Source: SAR86 cluster bacterium (GTDB lineage Bacteria > Pseudomonadota > Gammaproteobacteria > Magnimaribacterales > D2472). Taken from it: a DNA stretch of 64,000 bases. The position numbers were made by a program, and so were the translations under genes. The stretch is from positions 8,558-72,557 of the forward strand of contig JAQWXQ010000042.1 in assembly GCA_029254395.1 (NCBI GenBank), read 5' to 3'. Below are positions 21,291 to 30,908 of this stretch, one piece after another. The notes under the pieces were generated by a model. That model did no database searches. It was not told the origin of the DNA and saw only the letters and a program-made list of their open reading frames with translations. Position 1 is the stretch's first letter; each line of letters begins with the position of its first letter.

Positions 21291-21812
21291 ATGAGAAAAA
21301 TATATTTAATACTACTTCTATCTATGCAGTCATTTTCATGCACTGATTTACTAGATACAGAGATCAGGAAGCTTGATTCGGCTGAGGTTATTAACTTATG
21401 CGAATTTCAAGATGAGGTAATCTTAGTTGTAAATGTAGCCAGCAGATGCGGCTTCACATATCAGTATGAGGGATTACAATCCTTGTACGATAACTACAAA
21501 GACCAAGGTTTTGTGGTAATAGGCGTACCATCACGTGATTTTCTATTCCAAGAATATAAAGAAGAAGGTGATGTTGCTGAGTTTTGTTCAACAGAATATG
21601 GAGTTGAATTCCCTATGTTTGCTACGGCTAAAGTAACAGGCAAAAAAGCACACCCTTTTTATAAAAAATTAAAAGCACAAAGTGGCGTTTCACCTACTTG
21701 GAATTTTAATAAATTTCTAATCTCTCGAGAAGGTGAAGTCACTGATACATTTGATAAGAATGTTGAACCAAATTCTTTAGAGCTATTATCTAGAATAGAA
21801 TCTCTTCTTTAA
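21291..21812 (+). CDS. gpx: glutathione peroxidase (Cys-type, BtuE-like) with signal/lipoprotein-like leader
   Basis: 173-aa ORF with the motifs VVNVASRCGFT, FP and WNFNKFL. The active-site residue is Cys, not Sec. Confidence 0.9.
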   Translation: MRKIYLILLLSMQSFSCTDLLDTEIRKLDSAEVINLCEFQDEVILVVNVASRCGFTYQYEGLQSLYDNYKDQGFVVIGVPSRDFLFQEYKEEGDVAEFCSTEYGVEFPMFATAKVTGKKAHPFYKKLKAQSGVSPTWNFNKFLISREGEVTDTFDKNVEPNSLELLSRIESLL

Positions 21813-22447
21813 TCTGACACTAAAACAGTTTTTGGTTTATTTATAGCAAATATTCCATTGTCAACTACTCCTGCTATTCCATTTATCTGGTATTCGACTT
21901 CTAATGGGTTTTGAAGATCTAGATTAGTAACATCAATAATTTGATTGCCTTGGTCAGTAACAAATCCTTGCCTGTAAGTTGGAATTCCACCCAAAGATAG
22001 TATTTTTCTTGATACAAGACTCCTACTTTCAGGTATTACTTCTATTGGTAGAGCAAACGCTCCTAGATTTTTAACAAGCTTCGATTTGTCTACAATACAT
22101 ATAAAGTGATTAGATGCAGAGGCGACTATTTTCTCTCTTGTGTGCGCACCACCACCACCTTTAATTAGCGAATAATCTTCTGATACTTCATCAGCACCAT
22201 CGATATAAAAAGCAATATCATTCACACCATTTAATTCATAAACCTTTATTCCAGCATCTTTTAAAATAGCAGACGAGCGATCTGAGCTTGATACAACTCC
22301 ATCAAATCTATGTTTGTATGTCTTAAGTTCTTCAATAAAGAAGTTAACAGTCGTCCCGGTGCCAATACCTATAATCATTTTTTCAGAAAGTTTATTTTCT
22401 AAAAAATTTATTGCTTGTTTAGCAACATTTATCTTTGAGCCGCTCAT
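21809..22447 (-). CDS. rpiA: ribose-5-phosphate isomerase A
   Basis: 212-aa ORF with IGIGTGTTVNFFIEEL, DGADEV and KGGGGAHTREK. Confidence 0.92.
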   Translation of the reverse strand: MSGSKINVAKQAINFLENKLSEKMIIGIGTGTTVNFFIEELKTYKHRFDGVVSSSDRSSAILKDAGIKVYELNGVNDIAFYIDGADEVSEDYSLIKGGGGAHTREKIVASASNHFICIVDKSKLVKNLGAFALPIEVIPESRSLVSRKILSLGGIPTYRQGFVTDQGNQIIDVTNLDLQNPLEVEYQINGIAGVVDNGIFAINKPKTVLVSD

Positions 22448-22486
22448 ACAGTTATAATACTAGAAATTTATATTTAAAGAATAACG

Positions 22487-24037
22487 TTGCGCATAAAAAT
22501 AAAAAAAACAGGATCTTTTAAACATTCAGCCAAATATCTTAAGCTAATAGAGGATGCCTTAGTTTATGATGTAGCTTTAAAGACGCCAATTACCTTTGCT
22601 CCAAACCTATCCCAAAAAGAAAAAAATAAAATTTATCTTAAAAGAGAAGACCTCCAGCCTGTTTTTTCATTTAAAAACAGAGGCGCGTATAACAAGATTA
22701 TAAATCTTAATACTAAACAAAAAAAATCAGGCGTTATTGCAGCTTCAGCCGGGAACCATGCACAAGGTGTTGCAGTTTCTTGCAAATCATTAAAGATTTC
22801 ATGTTTGATAGTTATGCCTATTACTACCCCAGAAATAAAAGTAAAAGCTGTAAAAAGGCATGGAGCTAAAATTCTTCTTCATGGCGACAATTACGATGCT
22901 GCTGTAAAAGAAGCTAAGAAAATTAGTAAGAAAGAAGGTTATGCATTTGTTCATCCATTTGACGACAAGTACACAATAGCTGGTCAGGGGACAGTCGGCA
23001 AAGAAATTTTTGATTCTGATGAGAACTATGATGTTATTTTTGTTCCTGTTGGCGGGGGAGGTTTATTGGCTGGGATATCTGCATGGACCGCGCAAAATAA
23101 GAAAAAAGTAAAAGTGATTGGTGTAGAGGTTGAGGATTCTGCATGCTTGTGCGAAGCGTTAAAAGCAAATAAGAGGGTTCGATTAAATGAAGTTGGGCTT
23201 TTTGCAGACGGTGTTGCAGTTGAGCAGGTAGGCAAGAAGAATTTTGATATCATCAAGGAATGCGTAGACGAAGTGTTGACTGTTTCAGTTGATGAGGTTT
23301 GCGCCTCAGTAAAAGATATATTTGAAGATACTAGAATTTTATCCGAGCCAGCAGGGGCACTTGCACTGGCTGGATTAAAAAAATACTCAAAAAAAGTTAA
23401 AGGCAAAAAACTCATCGCAATTAGCAGTGGGGCAAATGTTAATTTTCAAAGACTGAGTTTTATTGTTGAAAGGTCTGAGCTTGGAGAAAATAAAGAAAAA
23501 ATAATGAGCATCAAGGTTCCAGAGCAACCTGGTAGCTTTTTAGGGCTTGCAAAAATGTTTGGAAGTTTCCAGATCTCAGAATTCAATTATAGAAAATCAA
23601 GCTCATCAATAGCACATGTTCTTGTTGGGATAAGAACTAATTCAGAGGCGTCTTTTATAAAGCTTAAAGATAATCTTAAAAGAAAAAAATACAAGTTTGA
23701 TGATTTAACATCCAATGAAATATCAAACGACCATTTAAGGCATATGGTTGGAGGAAGAATAAACCATACACTATCTCAAAATGTAAAAGAAAGGATATTT
23801 AGAACTGAGTTTCCAGAAAGGCCTGGGGCATTATTAAGTTTCTTAGAAAAATTTGGCAACGATTGGAATATCTCATTATTCCACTACAGAAACCTTGGGT
23901 CAGCATTTGGAAAAATATTAATTGGGATAGAAGATGGAGAAAAGGACTCTAGCAAGTTGATAAAGCAACTGATGAATACAGAAGTCCTGTTTTCAGAAGA
24001 AACAGAGAACAAAGCCTATAAGAGCTATTTAAAATAA
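22487..24037 (+). CDS. ilvA: biosynthetic threonine dehydratase (two ACT-like regulatory domains)
   Basis: 516-aa ORF with a TTG start. It has the PLP site SFKNRGAYN and GGGGLLAG, plus a duplicated C-terminal regulatory domain. Confidence 0.9.
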   Translation: MRIKIKKTGSFKHSAKYLKLIEDALVYDVALKTPITFAPNLSQKEKNKIYLKREDLQPVFSFKNRGAYNKIINLNTKQKKSGVIAASAGNHAQGVAVSCKSLKISCLIVMPITTPEIKVKAVKRHGAKILLHGDNYDAAVKEAKKISKKEGYAFVHPFDDKYTIAGQGTVGKEIFDSDENYDVIFVPVGGGGLLAGISAWTAQNKKKVKVIGVEVEDSACLCEALKANKRVRLNEVGLFADGVAVEQVGKKNFDIIKECVDEVLTVSVDEVCASVKDIFEDTRILSEPAGALALAGLKKYSKKVKGKKLIAISSGANVNFQRLSFIVERSELGENKEKIMSIKVPEQPGSFLGLAKMFGSFQISEFNYRKSSSSIAHVLVGIRTNSEASFIKLKDNLKRKKYKFDDLTSNEISNDHLRHMVGGRINHTLSQNVKERIFRTEFPERPGALLSFLEKFGNDWNISLFHYRNLGSAFGKILIGIEDGEKDSSKLIKQLMNTEVLFSEETENKAYKSYLK

Positions 24038-24040
24038 TAT

Positions 24041-26314
24041 TTAATATTTTAATCTAATTTTAATCGAGATAATCTCATTTGATGGGTTGCTCCAAGCTTC
24101 CTGAAATAGATTTGAGTATGCGTCATCCTGATCCTCTAAATCAATATTGCCCCCTCTAGAATACACAAGATAAACATTGGAGAGAGGAGCAAACTCATAC
24201 TTATATCTTAATTGAAAAGCAGCCTGCCCGATGTCAAAAGGAAGAACAGTTTTATTATTTTGACCTAAATAACCCTGCTGATTTGAAACAAGGCTCTTAG
24301 GAGATTGTGATTTTAGAGCAATAAATTGCGATTTCAGTCTCAGCTCATGTTTCAAACCTCTAAACCAATTAAGATTAAACGATATCTCTCTTCTGCTTAA
24401 ATCACTTGATGAAAACTCATTTTCCTGAAGCCACCTCAACCATTCCTTTTCTTTTTTGGCAATAAAGTTAACACTCATAGTTAAATTTTCATCTATCGAA
24501 TATTTTGTACCAAACTTAAAAAAACTTTTCCTATAGCCTTTTGAGTCCCAGGTATTATATTTTGGTGACCTGTCAAAACTAACCCTCCAGTCATATTCTA
24601 AATCTCGAGATATTACCCCCTCATAATCTGCAGTAATACTTTTTGAAGATTTAATTTTTGCAAAAGGATAGAGCTCATTTTTTCTAGTGATAGTGGTATT
24701 TTTACCCGAGGTCTTTAGTGTAATAAAAGCATTAAATTTTGACCCATCTTTGTAGAAATATTCAAATTGTGGGTTAATAAAGAAAGGATTTGTATTGCCT
24801 TTAGTGTCTCCGCTTAAAGACCACCAAACTGAAAGTTCAGACATATTAATGTTAGATTCGTCGCTATAGCTTGTATTTTGCCTCGATGATCTTGAGCTTA
24901 ATTGGAAATAATCCGCATCCTTAAGATAACCAAAATCATTTAGATCTAAATTTTTATCAAAGTATCTGAGCGTTGTATTGGTGTTGTTATTCCTATTAGG
25001 CCTATAGCGCACGGATGCTTTAAATCCATACCCATTATTATTTTCAACTTTTGATGAAAGCATTGTTGAAGCAACCCTAATTTTATCTGAATAAATCTTA
25101 TCAAAATCTATGGCATTCACAGTTGATGAATTGCCAGTAAACTCATTATTTACATTTGTAATTACATGTCCAAAAGTTGTCTTGCCTATCTTTGCTCTTG
25201 ATCGAAAAGCTACAAATTCTTTTCCCTTGGAAAAGGGCTCGTCTGACTCGCTTGCTACAAAGAGACCTATATCAAAATCATTTTTCTTTTGAGTAAGTCG
25301 AAACGCGTAGTCTAAATCAGAATATGTTTTTTCTGATGCGTTGCATGCATCCTCGTCAACTGTTTGCGAGCAGTTATAGTCTGGTTTTGAGCCTATCCTT
25401 CTTGTATTTATAACAGTAAATTTATCTCTATCTTTTAGAGTAAACAGAGAGTGATTTTCAGTGAAGAAAGCTCGTTTCTCATTAAAGAAAGTTTCTTGCG
25501 CTGAAAAATTTACTACCAAATCATCACTTTCTGCCTGACCGAAGTCTGGGTTAAATGTTGCATTTATTTGCCTGCCATCACCAGTATTCCAAAAAATATC
25601 AGCTCCCACCCTTGTAAGCTCAGTTCCAGGAACAGAATCAGCCTGACTTGATATATATGGAAAAAAAGACAATTTAGAAGATGAGTAATTTTTTATCTTA
25701 ATCGGAGTTAATTTTGAAAGAAACTCATTCCTACTATACGAGCTTTTTATAGTGCTAATCCAGACATTATCTTCATAAATATATCTACCAAACATTATTC
25801 TTATTGGCCTATATTCTGATTTATTTAAAGGAAGAGTGGCCACTGTCCAAGGAATAAATATTTCTGAACTCCAATAATCATCCTCCTTAATAACCGCTCC
25901 CATCCAGTTACCATCCCAATCCCGACTTAAATCATTTCCATTTGTAAATGTGCCGTCAATAAGCGACCCAGAGGAATTAATAACAAACTCAAAAGCTTCT
26001 ACACCACTATTGGCAAAATCTATAACAACAACATTTGCATCAGAATCATTCATAACATCTCTTGATGACTTTATGCTATTCATGGATTCCGCTGGCTGAT
26101 AGTTCTTAAATCCTATGAATATTCCTTCCTCATTAGAAAGAATATAGGTCTCTGTTTGCTTTGGAGCTTTTTTAAGAGAGAAAGGGTAAACAGTATTAAA
26201 GCTATCAAACCTTTGGGCATCTAACCATTCTGAATCAGAAATTATGCCATCTAGCTCAACGGAATAGACTTCAGAAGATAATAGAACTATGAATATTAAA
26301 AATTTTTTTATCAA
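24041..26314 (-). CDS. large secreted/outer-membrane protein, CBM9-like N-domain plus beta-barrel-like C-region (DUF5916-type architecture)
   Basis: 757-aa ORF with a TTG start and a signal peptide (..SSEVYS/VE). The N-terminal DGIISDSEWLDAQRFDSF... pattern resembles family-9 carbohydrate-binding modules. The C-terminus has alternating beta-strand-like sequence ending in an aromatic residue (..RLKY). Confidence 0.5.
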   Translation of the reverse strand: MIKKFLIFIVLLSSEVYSVELDGIISDSEWLDAQRFDSFNTVYPFSLKKAPKQTETYILSNEEGIFIGFKNYQPAESMNSIKSSRDVMNDSDANVVVIDFANSGVEAFEFVINSSGSLIDGTFTNGNDLSRDWDGNWMGAVIKEDDYWSSEIFIPWTVATLPLNKSEYRPIRIMFGRYIYEDNVWISTIKSSYSRNEFLSKLTPIKIKNYSSSKLSFFPYISSQADSVPGTELTRVGADIFWNTGDGRQINATFNPDFGQAESDDLVVNFSAQETFFNEKRAFFTENHSLFTLKDRDKFTVINTRRIGSKPDYNCSQTVDEDACNASEKTYSDLDYAFRLTQKKNDFDIGLFVASESDEPFSKGKEFVAFRSRAKIGKTTFGHVITNVNNEFTGNSSTVNAIDFDKIYSDKIRVASTMLSSKVENNNGYGFKASVRYRPNRNNNTNTTLRYFDKNLDLNDFGYLKDADYFQLSSRSSRQNTSYSDESNINMSELSVWWSLSGDTKGNTNPFFINPQFEYFYKDGSKFNAFITLKTSGKNTTITRKNELYPFAKIKSSKSITADYEGVISRDLEYDWRVSFDRSPKYNTWDSKGYRKSFFKFGTKYSIDENLTMSVNFIAKKEKEWLRWLQENEFSSSDLSRREISFNLNWFRGLKHELRLKSQFIALKSQSPKSLVSNQQGYLGQNNKTVLPFDIGQAAFQLRYKYEFAPLSNVYLVYSRGGNIDLEDQDDAYSNLFQEAWSNPSNEIISIKIRLKY

Positions 26315-26362
26315 TACTGGACCCTTAGAGTGAAGGTATATTTTAATTATGAGTGACTTTTA

Positions 26363-26380
26363 TGTAAAGTATATTTTACA
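26363..26380. promoter_or_regulatory. perfect TGTAAA-N6-TTTACA palindrome (TyrR-box consensus)
   Basis: TGTAAAGTATATTTTACA lies about 50 bp upstream of the 757-aa gene start and 5 bp after the ygfA stop. Confidence 0.3.
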
Positions 26381-26384
26381 TTTA

Positions 26385-26948
26385 TTAGAAAAAATAATTT
26401 TGTTTTTCGGTAACTACAACATCATATTTTAAATCGTGCTCTTCTTTAAAATTATATTCTGTTAATTGATAATCAAAGCCTAGTCCAACTATCTTAAAGT
26501 TAGATTTTCCAGCTAAAGAACCAAATACCCGATCATAGTAACCTCCTCCATAGCCAAGCCTAAAACCATCCTTATCAATTCCAATAAAAGGTATCACTAC
26601 TATTGATAAATTCATTGGATCTATTATCTCTGAGCTAACAGGCTCCTCAATGCCATATTTATTTTTTTTAAACAAACTGTTCTCAAGATATTTTGTAAAA
26701 ATTAACTTATTTTTTTCAGCTACTACTGGAAAATAAATATCTATATTTAATTTTATAGCCTCAAGCATAATTAAGTTTGTAGGTATTTCATTTTTTATAT
26801 TTCTGTAAAGAAGTATATTTTTTAACTTTCGAAGTTCGAAAGTTTTAAGAAAATTTTTTTGAATTTTTGAATTTTCCAACTTTTTATAACTAGGTAATAA
26901 AGCGTGGCCCTTTTTAAAAAGTTTATTTCTTATTTCGTCTTTAGGCAT
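26385..26948 (-). CDS. ygfA: 5-formyltetrahydrofolate cyclo-ligase
   Basis: 187-aa ORF with the GYGGGYYDR motif. It lies downstream of zapA-ssrS as in E. coli. Confidence 0.85.
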   Translation of the reverse strand: MPKDEIRNKLFKKGHALLPSYKKLENSKIQKNFLKTFELRKLKNILLYRNIKNEIPTNLIMLEAIKLNIDIYFPVVAEKNKLIFTKYLENSLFKKNKYGIEEPVSSEIIDPMNLSIVVIPFIGIDKDGFRLGYGGGYYDRVFGSLAGKSNFKIVGLGFDYQLTEYNFKEEHDLKYDVVVTEKQNYFF

Positions 26949-26961
26949 AGAACATTAAATT

Positions 26962-27144
26962 AAACAAACCAGATCACCGCCATGCACCATACCTGAACCG
27001 AAAGGTCAGGTGGTGAATATCTTTCTAAATCAGGCTTCCCTAATAGGTACTGCACAACAATAGAAGAGGAATATCACCTATTTACAAGTATCGGTTCAAA
27101 TTTATTGACACATTAGCATGTGAACCAGAATGTACTCAGATTAT
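26962..27144 (-). ncRNA. ssrS: 6S RNA
   Basis: A 207-bp non-coding gap sits exactly at the conserved zapA-ssrS-ygfA position. Minus-strand blocks align with E. coli 6S as I recall it. These are UCUGAG near the 5' end, GAACCGAUACUU, GAAGCCU, AUUCACC and the hairpin ACCUGACC-UUUC-GGUUCAGGU. The 3' end shows GGCGGUGAUCUGG. The ends are approximate (about +/-10 nt). Confidence 0.75.
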
Positions 27145-27155
27145 AAAATAGTTAC

Positions 27156-27431
27156 TTACTTAGTTGAAGAGGGAGCGTGTAAAACAGAATTAATTTTTTC
27201 TATTAAATTAGAATGATCTTCTTTACTTTCATTTGACGAATTTCCTGAAAGAGCTTTATTTGCAAGACTCAGTCCAGCAATCACAAGAGCATTTTGTTTA
27301 TCTTGAATATTATCAAGCTCTTCATTTAATAGTTGTGCTGATTTTAGCAGCTGATCTTTTTCATCCGAAGGGCATGACAGAGTTAAATCTCTTCCAAATA
27401 TTCTTAGCTGTATTGTTTCTATATTAGTCAT
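27156..27431 (-). CDS. zapA: cell division protein ZapA
   Basis: 91-aa ORF. The IFGRDLTLSCPSDEKDQLLKSAQLLNEEL pattern is typical of ZapA, and the synteny with ssrS/ygfA fits. Confidence 0.8.
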   Translation of the reverse strand: MTNIETIQLRIFGRDLTLSCPSDEKDQLLKSAQLLNEELDNIQDKQNALVIAGLSLANKALSGNSSNESKEDHSNLIEKINSVLHAPSSTK

Positions 27432-27618
27432 TAGCTTCCGCCTTTAGAATTCGATCTTGCAATATCTTCAACTCTTTATTTTTTAAAAGTTTTGATTTCT
27501 TCCAATCTCTTTCTTTTAATATGTAAGAGTCAATAATCCCTTGCTGCTCAACAAATCTATTTATAAGATCGTCTAGTTTTGTTTCTAACAAAGACAATGA
27601 GTTGTTATCGTTTTCCAT
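27424..27618 (-). CDS. small coiled-coil protein upstream of zapA (TIGR02449/ZapB-like)
   Basis: 64-aa ORF with a heptad-like sequence. It overlaps zapA by 8 nt. Its position matches the small coiled-coil gene that precedes zapA in pseudomonads. Confidence 0.5.
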   Translation of the reverse strand: MENDNNSLSLLETKLDDLINRFVEQQGIIDSYILKERDWKKSKLLKNKELKILQDRILKAEAND

Positions 27619-27683
27619 TAATTAAGTTTAATTCTATTAGAATAAATAGGGAAGTTTGTTTTTTAAAAGAGTAAAATATTTAT

Positions 27684-28979
27684 ATGAGTAAAATTATATA
27701 TAAACAACGAAGAGAAAATCTTTCAACGATCATACCGAATAATTCTGCAATAATTATTTCCGGCGCAGATAATTGTTATAGAAATGCAGATTCTGCATAT
27801 GCATTTAGGCAGGAGAGTAGCTTTTATTATTTATCAGGTTTTTGTGAGGCATCTTCTGTAATGCTTCTTATCAATGAAAACAACAAGATAAAATCTATAA
27901 TATTTGTCCCACAAAAAGATAAAATCAAAGAAATATGGGACGGCTATAGAGCTGGGCCAGACGGTGCAGTGAATGATTATCTTTTTGATGCGGCATTTAA
28001 CAATTCAGAGCTAGACAAAGAAATACCGGGACTAATACAAGGCAAGCAAAAATTATTTTATTCTTTTGGGAAAGATCAATCTTTTGATAAAAAAGTTATA
28101 GAGTGGACTAACACAGCAAACTCAATTGAGCGACATAGCAAATCTATAGACATGGTTGATTCAACCTCCTTGATAGGAAATTTGAGATTGATTAAAGACA
28201 GCCACGAGATTGAACTCCTAAAAAGATCATGTGAAATTTCTGCTGACTCGCATATTTCAATAATGAAATCAATTGAGCCTGGTAACACAGAGCAAGAAAT
28301 AGAGGCAAAATATTTATATGAGTTTGCCAAAAGAGGTAGCAGGTTTGCTGCTTACACTCCAATTGTTGCTGGCGGAGAGAATGCATGTATTCTTCATTAT
28401 GTAGAAAATAATCAACCATTAAAAGATGGTGAGTTGATCTTAGTTGATGCTGGAGGGGAGTACGAAATGTATGCATCAGACATCACCAGGACTTTCCCAG
28501 TTAATGGTAAATTTACAAAAGAGCAACTAGCTATTTATAACGTCGTTTATGAAGCTAATCAAAAAGCTATTAGCGCTGTAATTGAAGGAAATAACATTAT
28601 GGAGCCTCAAAAAATATCCGAAAAAGTTATAGTAAATGGCTTGGTGGATCTAGGTATCCTTAAAGGAGATCCTGATGACTTATATAATGCAGGGGCTCAT
28701 AAAGAATTTTATATGCATAAAGTAGGGCACTGGCTTGGCTTAGATGTCCATGACTCAGGCGATTATATGGAAAATGGAGACTTCATGTTTTTCAAGCCTG
28801 GCATGGTCACAACTGTCGAACCTGGAATATATATTAGTAGCTCAGCTAAAGTTGAGGACAGGTGGAAGGGAATAGGCATAAGAATTGAGGACGACATCTT
28901 GGTAACTGAGGGAGGTAATGTAAACCTTACTGAAAAAGTGCCTTCTGATCCCAAAGAAATTGAAACCTTAATGGCATAG
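27684..28979 (+). CDS. pepP: Xaa-Pro aminopeptidase
   Basis: 431-aa M24B peptidase with metal ligands in VDAGGEY, DITRTFP, HWLGLDVHD and EPGIY..IRIEDD. Confidence 0.9.
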   Translation: MSKIIYKQRRENLSTIIPNNSAIIISGADNCYRNADSAYAFRQESSFYYLSGFCEASSVMLLINENNKIKSIIFVPQKDKIKEIWDGYRAGPDGAVNDYLFDAAFNNSELDKEIPGLIQGKQKLFYSFGKDQSFDKKVIEWTNTANSIERHSKSIDMVDSTSLIGNLRLIKDSHEIELLKRSCEISADSHISIMKSIEPGNTEQEIEAKYLYEFAKRGSRFAAYTPIVAGGENACILHYVENNQPLKDGELILVDAGGEYEMYASDITRTFPVNGKFTKEQLAIYNVVYEANQKAISAVIEGNNIMEPQKISEKVIVNGLVDLGILKGDPDDLYNAGAHKEFYMHKVGHWLGLDVHDSGDYMENGDFMFFKPGMVTTVEPGIYISSSAKVEDRWKGIGIRIEDDILVTEGGNVNLTEKVPSDPKEIETLMA

Positions 28980-28982
28980 CCT

Positions 28983-30122
28983 ATGAATATTCCCATAATC
29001 ATATCCGGAGGAGGGTTGATAGGGAACTACATTTCTCTGAGGTTGCGAAGGTCAGGAATTCAGTCAAAAATCATTGAGAGAAATGATGAGCTATACAATT
29101 CTGATAGTGGAATAAGAACCATAACACTTAACCCAAAGTCGGTTGAGTTGCTTCAATACGAGGGGATAAAAATTGCATCCTCAAGCATCAAAAATATTTA
29201 TGCATATGATGCAGACGGCACTGGAAAAATAAACTTTTCATCTGATGACATTGATTCTAATGATCTATCTAAAGTTGTTATGTTTAATGAATTAAATTCA
29301 GCACTTAAAGAGCAAAATATTTCTAATACTCTTTATGAGACACAGATCGATGGCATTAGCTATAACTCAAATAACGAAAAAACAGAAATTAATTTATCAG
29401 ATTCTTCAATTTATAAAACCGATTTATTGGTTGCTTGTGATGGCAAAGCATCAAATGTTGCAAAAATATATGGTTTTAAGAACACTGCTCACTCCTACAA
29501 CCAAACCGCAGCTACTTTTTTAGTGAAAGCCGATACTAAGGCAACTGACGCACATCAGATTTTCTCTGATAAAGGTATTTTTGCATTAATGCCAGCCCCA
29601 AAAGGCGAAAATATATTTACAGTCGTTTGGTCTTTGGACAATAAATTCCTTGATACTGAAAGTTTAGATGCTTACATTCACTCAAACCTTGGGCATTTTG
29701 AAAAGAAACTTGGATGCAGTATAAATATTCAATCAGACATACTCAGCTTTAAGCTTTCTAGTCACTATATTGATAGTTACATAAAAGATTCTGTAGTTCT
29801 TCTTGCGGATTCAGCTCACTCAATTCACCCTCTAGCTGGTCAGGGTGTGAATCTTGGCTTTGCTGACGCAGATGTTTTTTGCAATCAGATAGAACAGGCA
29901 TTTCACAAGGGACTTAAAATAAATGAACCAACTTATTTAAAGAAATATTCAATTGAAAGAGAGGCATTGAACTTAATAATGCTAAAGTCCATGGACTTAT
30001 TTGTTAATATTTTTAAAAATGATAACCCATATCTAAGACTAGCAAGAAATCTGGGTTTAAATTATGTTAATAAATCTAAGTTGGCTAAAGTTTTTTTTAT
30101 TGGAAAAGCCTCAGGATTTTAG
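28983..30122 (+). CDS. ubiH: FAD-dependent ubiquinone-biosynthesis hydroxylase (UbiH/UbiF/UbiI family)
   Basis: 379-aa ORF with N-terminal GGGLIGN and DGKASNV, plus the LADSAHSIHPLAGQGVNLGFADA fingerprint. It follows pepP as in E. coli. Confidence 0.75.
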   Translation: MNIPIIISGGGLIGNYISLRLRRSGIQSKIIERNDELYNSDSGIRTITLNPKSVELLQYEGIKIASSSIKNIYAYDADGTGKINFSSDDIDSNDLSKVVMFNELNSALKEQNISNTLYETQIDGISYNSNNEKTEINLSDSSIYKTDLLVACDGKASNVAKIYGFKNTAHSYNQTAATFLVKADTKATDAHQIFSDKGIFALMPAPKGENIFTVVWSLDNKFLDTESLDAYIHSNLGHFEKKLGCSINIQSDILSFKLSSHYIDSYIKDSVVLLADSAHSIHPLAGQGVNLGFADADVFCNQIEQAFHKGLKINEPTYLKKYSIEREALNLIMLKSMDLFVNIFKNDNPYLRLARNLGLNYVNKSKLAKVFFIGKASGF

Positions 30123-30128
30123 AAAGAG

Positions 30129-30365
30129 TTAAACTTTTTCGCCTCTAGCTCTTATTTCCTTTAGAACTTGGCTGATGCCTTTTTTATCAATGATTCTCAT
30201 ACCTTTTGCAGATACTTTTAAATTAACAAATCTATTCTCTGATTCGACCCAGAATTTGTGGGTGTGCAGATTAGGGAAAAATTTTCTCTTAGTCCTATTA
30301 TTAGCATGAGAAACGTTATTCCCAGACTGAGGTATCTTTCCTGTTACTTGACATAATTTACTCAT
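30129..30365 (-). CDS. rpmB: 50S ribosomal protein L28
   Basis: 78-aa ORF: [28 protein letters not shown]. Confidence 0.95.
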   Translation of the reverse strand: MSKLCQVTGKIPQSGNNVSHANNRTKRKFFPNLHTHKFWVESENRFVNLKVSAKGMRIIDKKGISQVLKEIRARGEKV

Positions 30366-30422
30366 AGAAACGCGATTTTATAGATAAGTTGTTAACTTAT
30401 CAATACTATATAGATATTAATT

Positions 30423-30908
30423 ATGAAAGAGATCTATTTTTTAAGACACGCAACGGCTTCTTGGACCTCCCAAACAACATTTGATATGGATAAGCCTATA
30501 AATAAATACGGAGTTCATGAGGCCCAGTTAATTGAAAACTTTGCATCTAAAAATAATATTAGTATTGATAGAGTGTTGTGCAGCCCAGCAAGAAGGACTA
30601 AAGATACTTCTGATTTAATCTTTCCAGGCTTCAAATATGATATTGATAGCGTTATTTATAAAGACTTAATATATAACGGAAGCAGCGAAACTTTAATAAA
30701 CCTTATTAGAACCCAGGATGACTCTATAAATTCACTTTTAATTATTGGACATAACCCCATGCTGCCAAAAGTTATAAGTTTGTTGACGAGCACGCCAATG
30801 GATATGTATGAGCCTTGCACATTAACATTAATAAATTCAAAAGCATGGTCATCTATACATGATTCTAAGTTAAAATTTAAAGTCACACCTAAACAGAGCA
30901 TGAAATGA
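30423..30908 (+). CDS. sixA: phosphohistidine phosphatase SixA-like (histidine phosphatase superfamily)
   Basis: 161-aa ORF with the RHA(T) catalytic motif (FLRHATASW), SPARRT and GHNP. Confidence 0.7.
   Translation: MKEIYFLRHATASWTSQTTFDMDKPINKYGVHEAQLIENFASKNNISIDRVLCSPARRTKDTSDLIFPGFKYDIDSVIYKDLIYNGSSETLINLIRTQDDSINSLLIIGHNPMLPKVISLLTSTPMDMYEPCTLTLINSKAWSSIHDSKLKFKVTPKQSMK

Noticed and set aside
30383-30401. 8-bp inverted repeat GATAAGTT-GTT-AACTTATC between the divergent rpmB and sixA.
   Set aside because: It is short and AT-rich, matches no known operator consensus that I can name, and could easily arise by chance in a 57-bp AT-rich promoter region.
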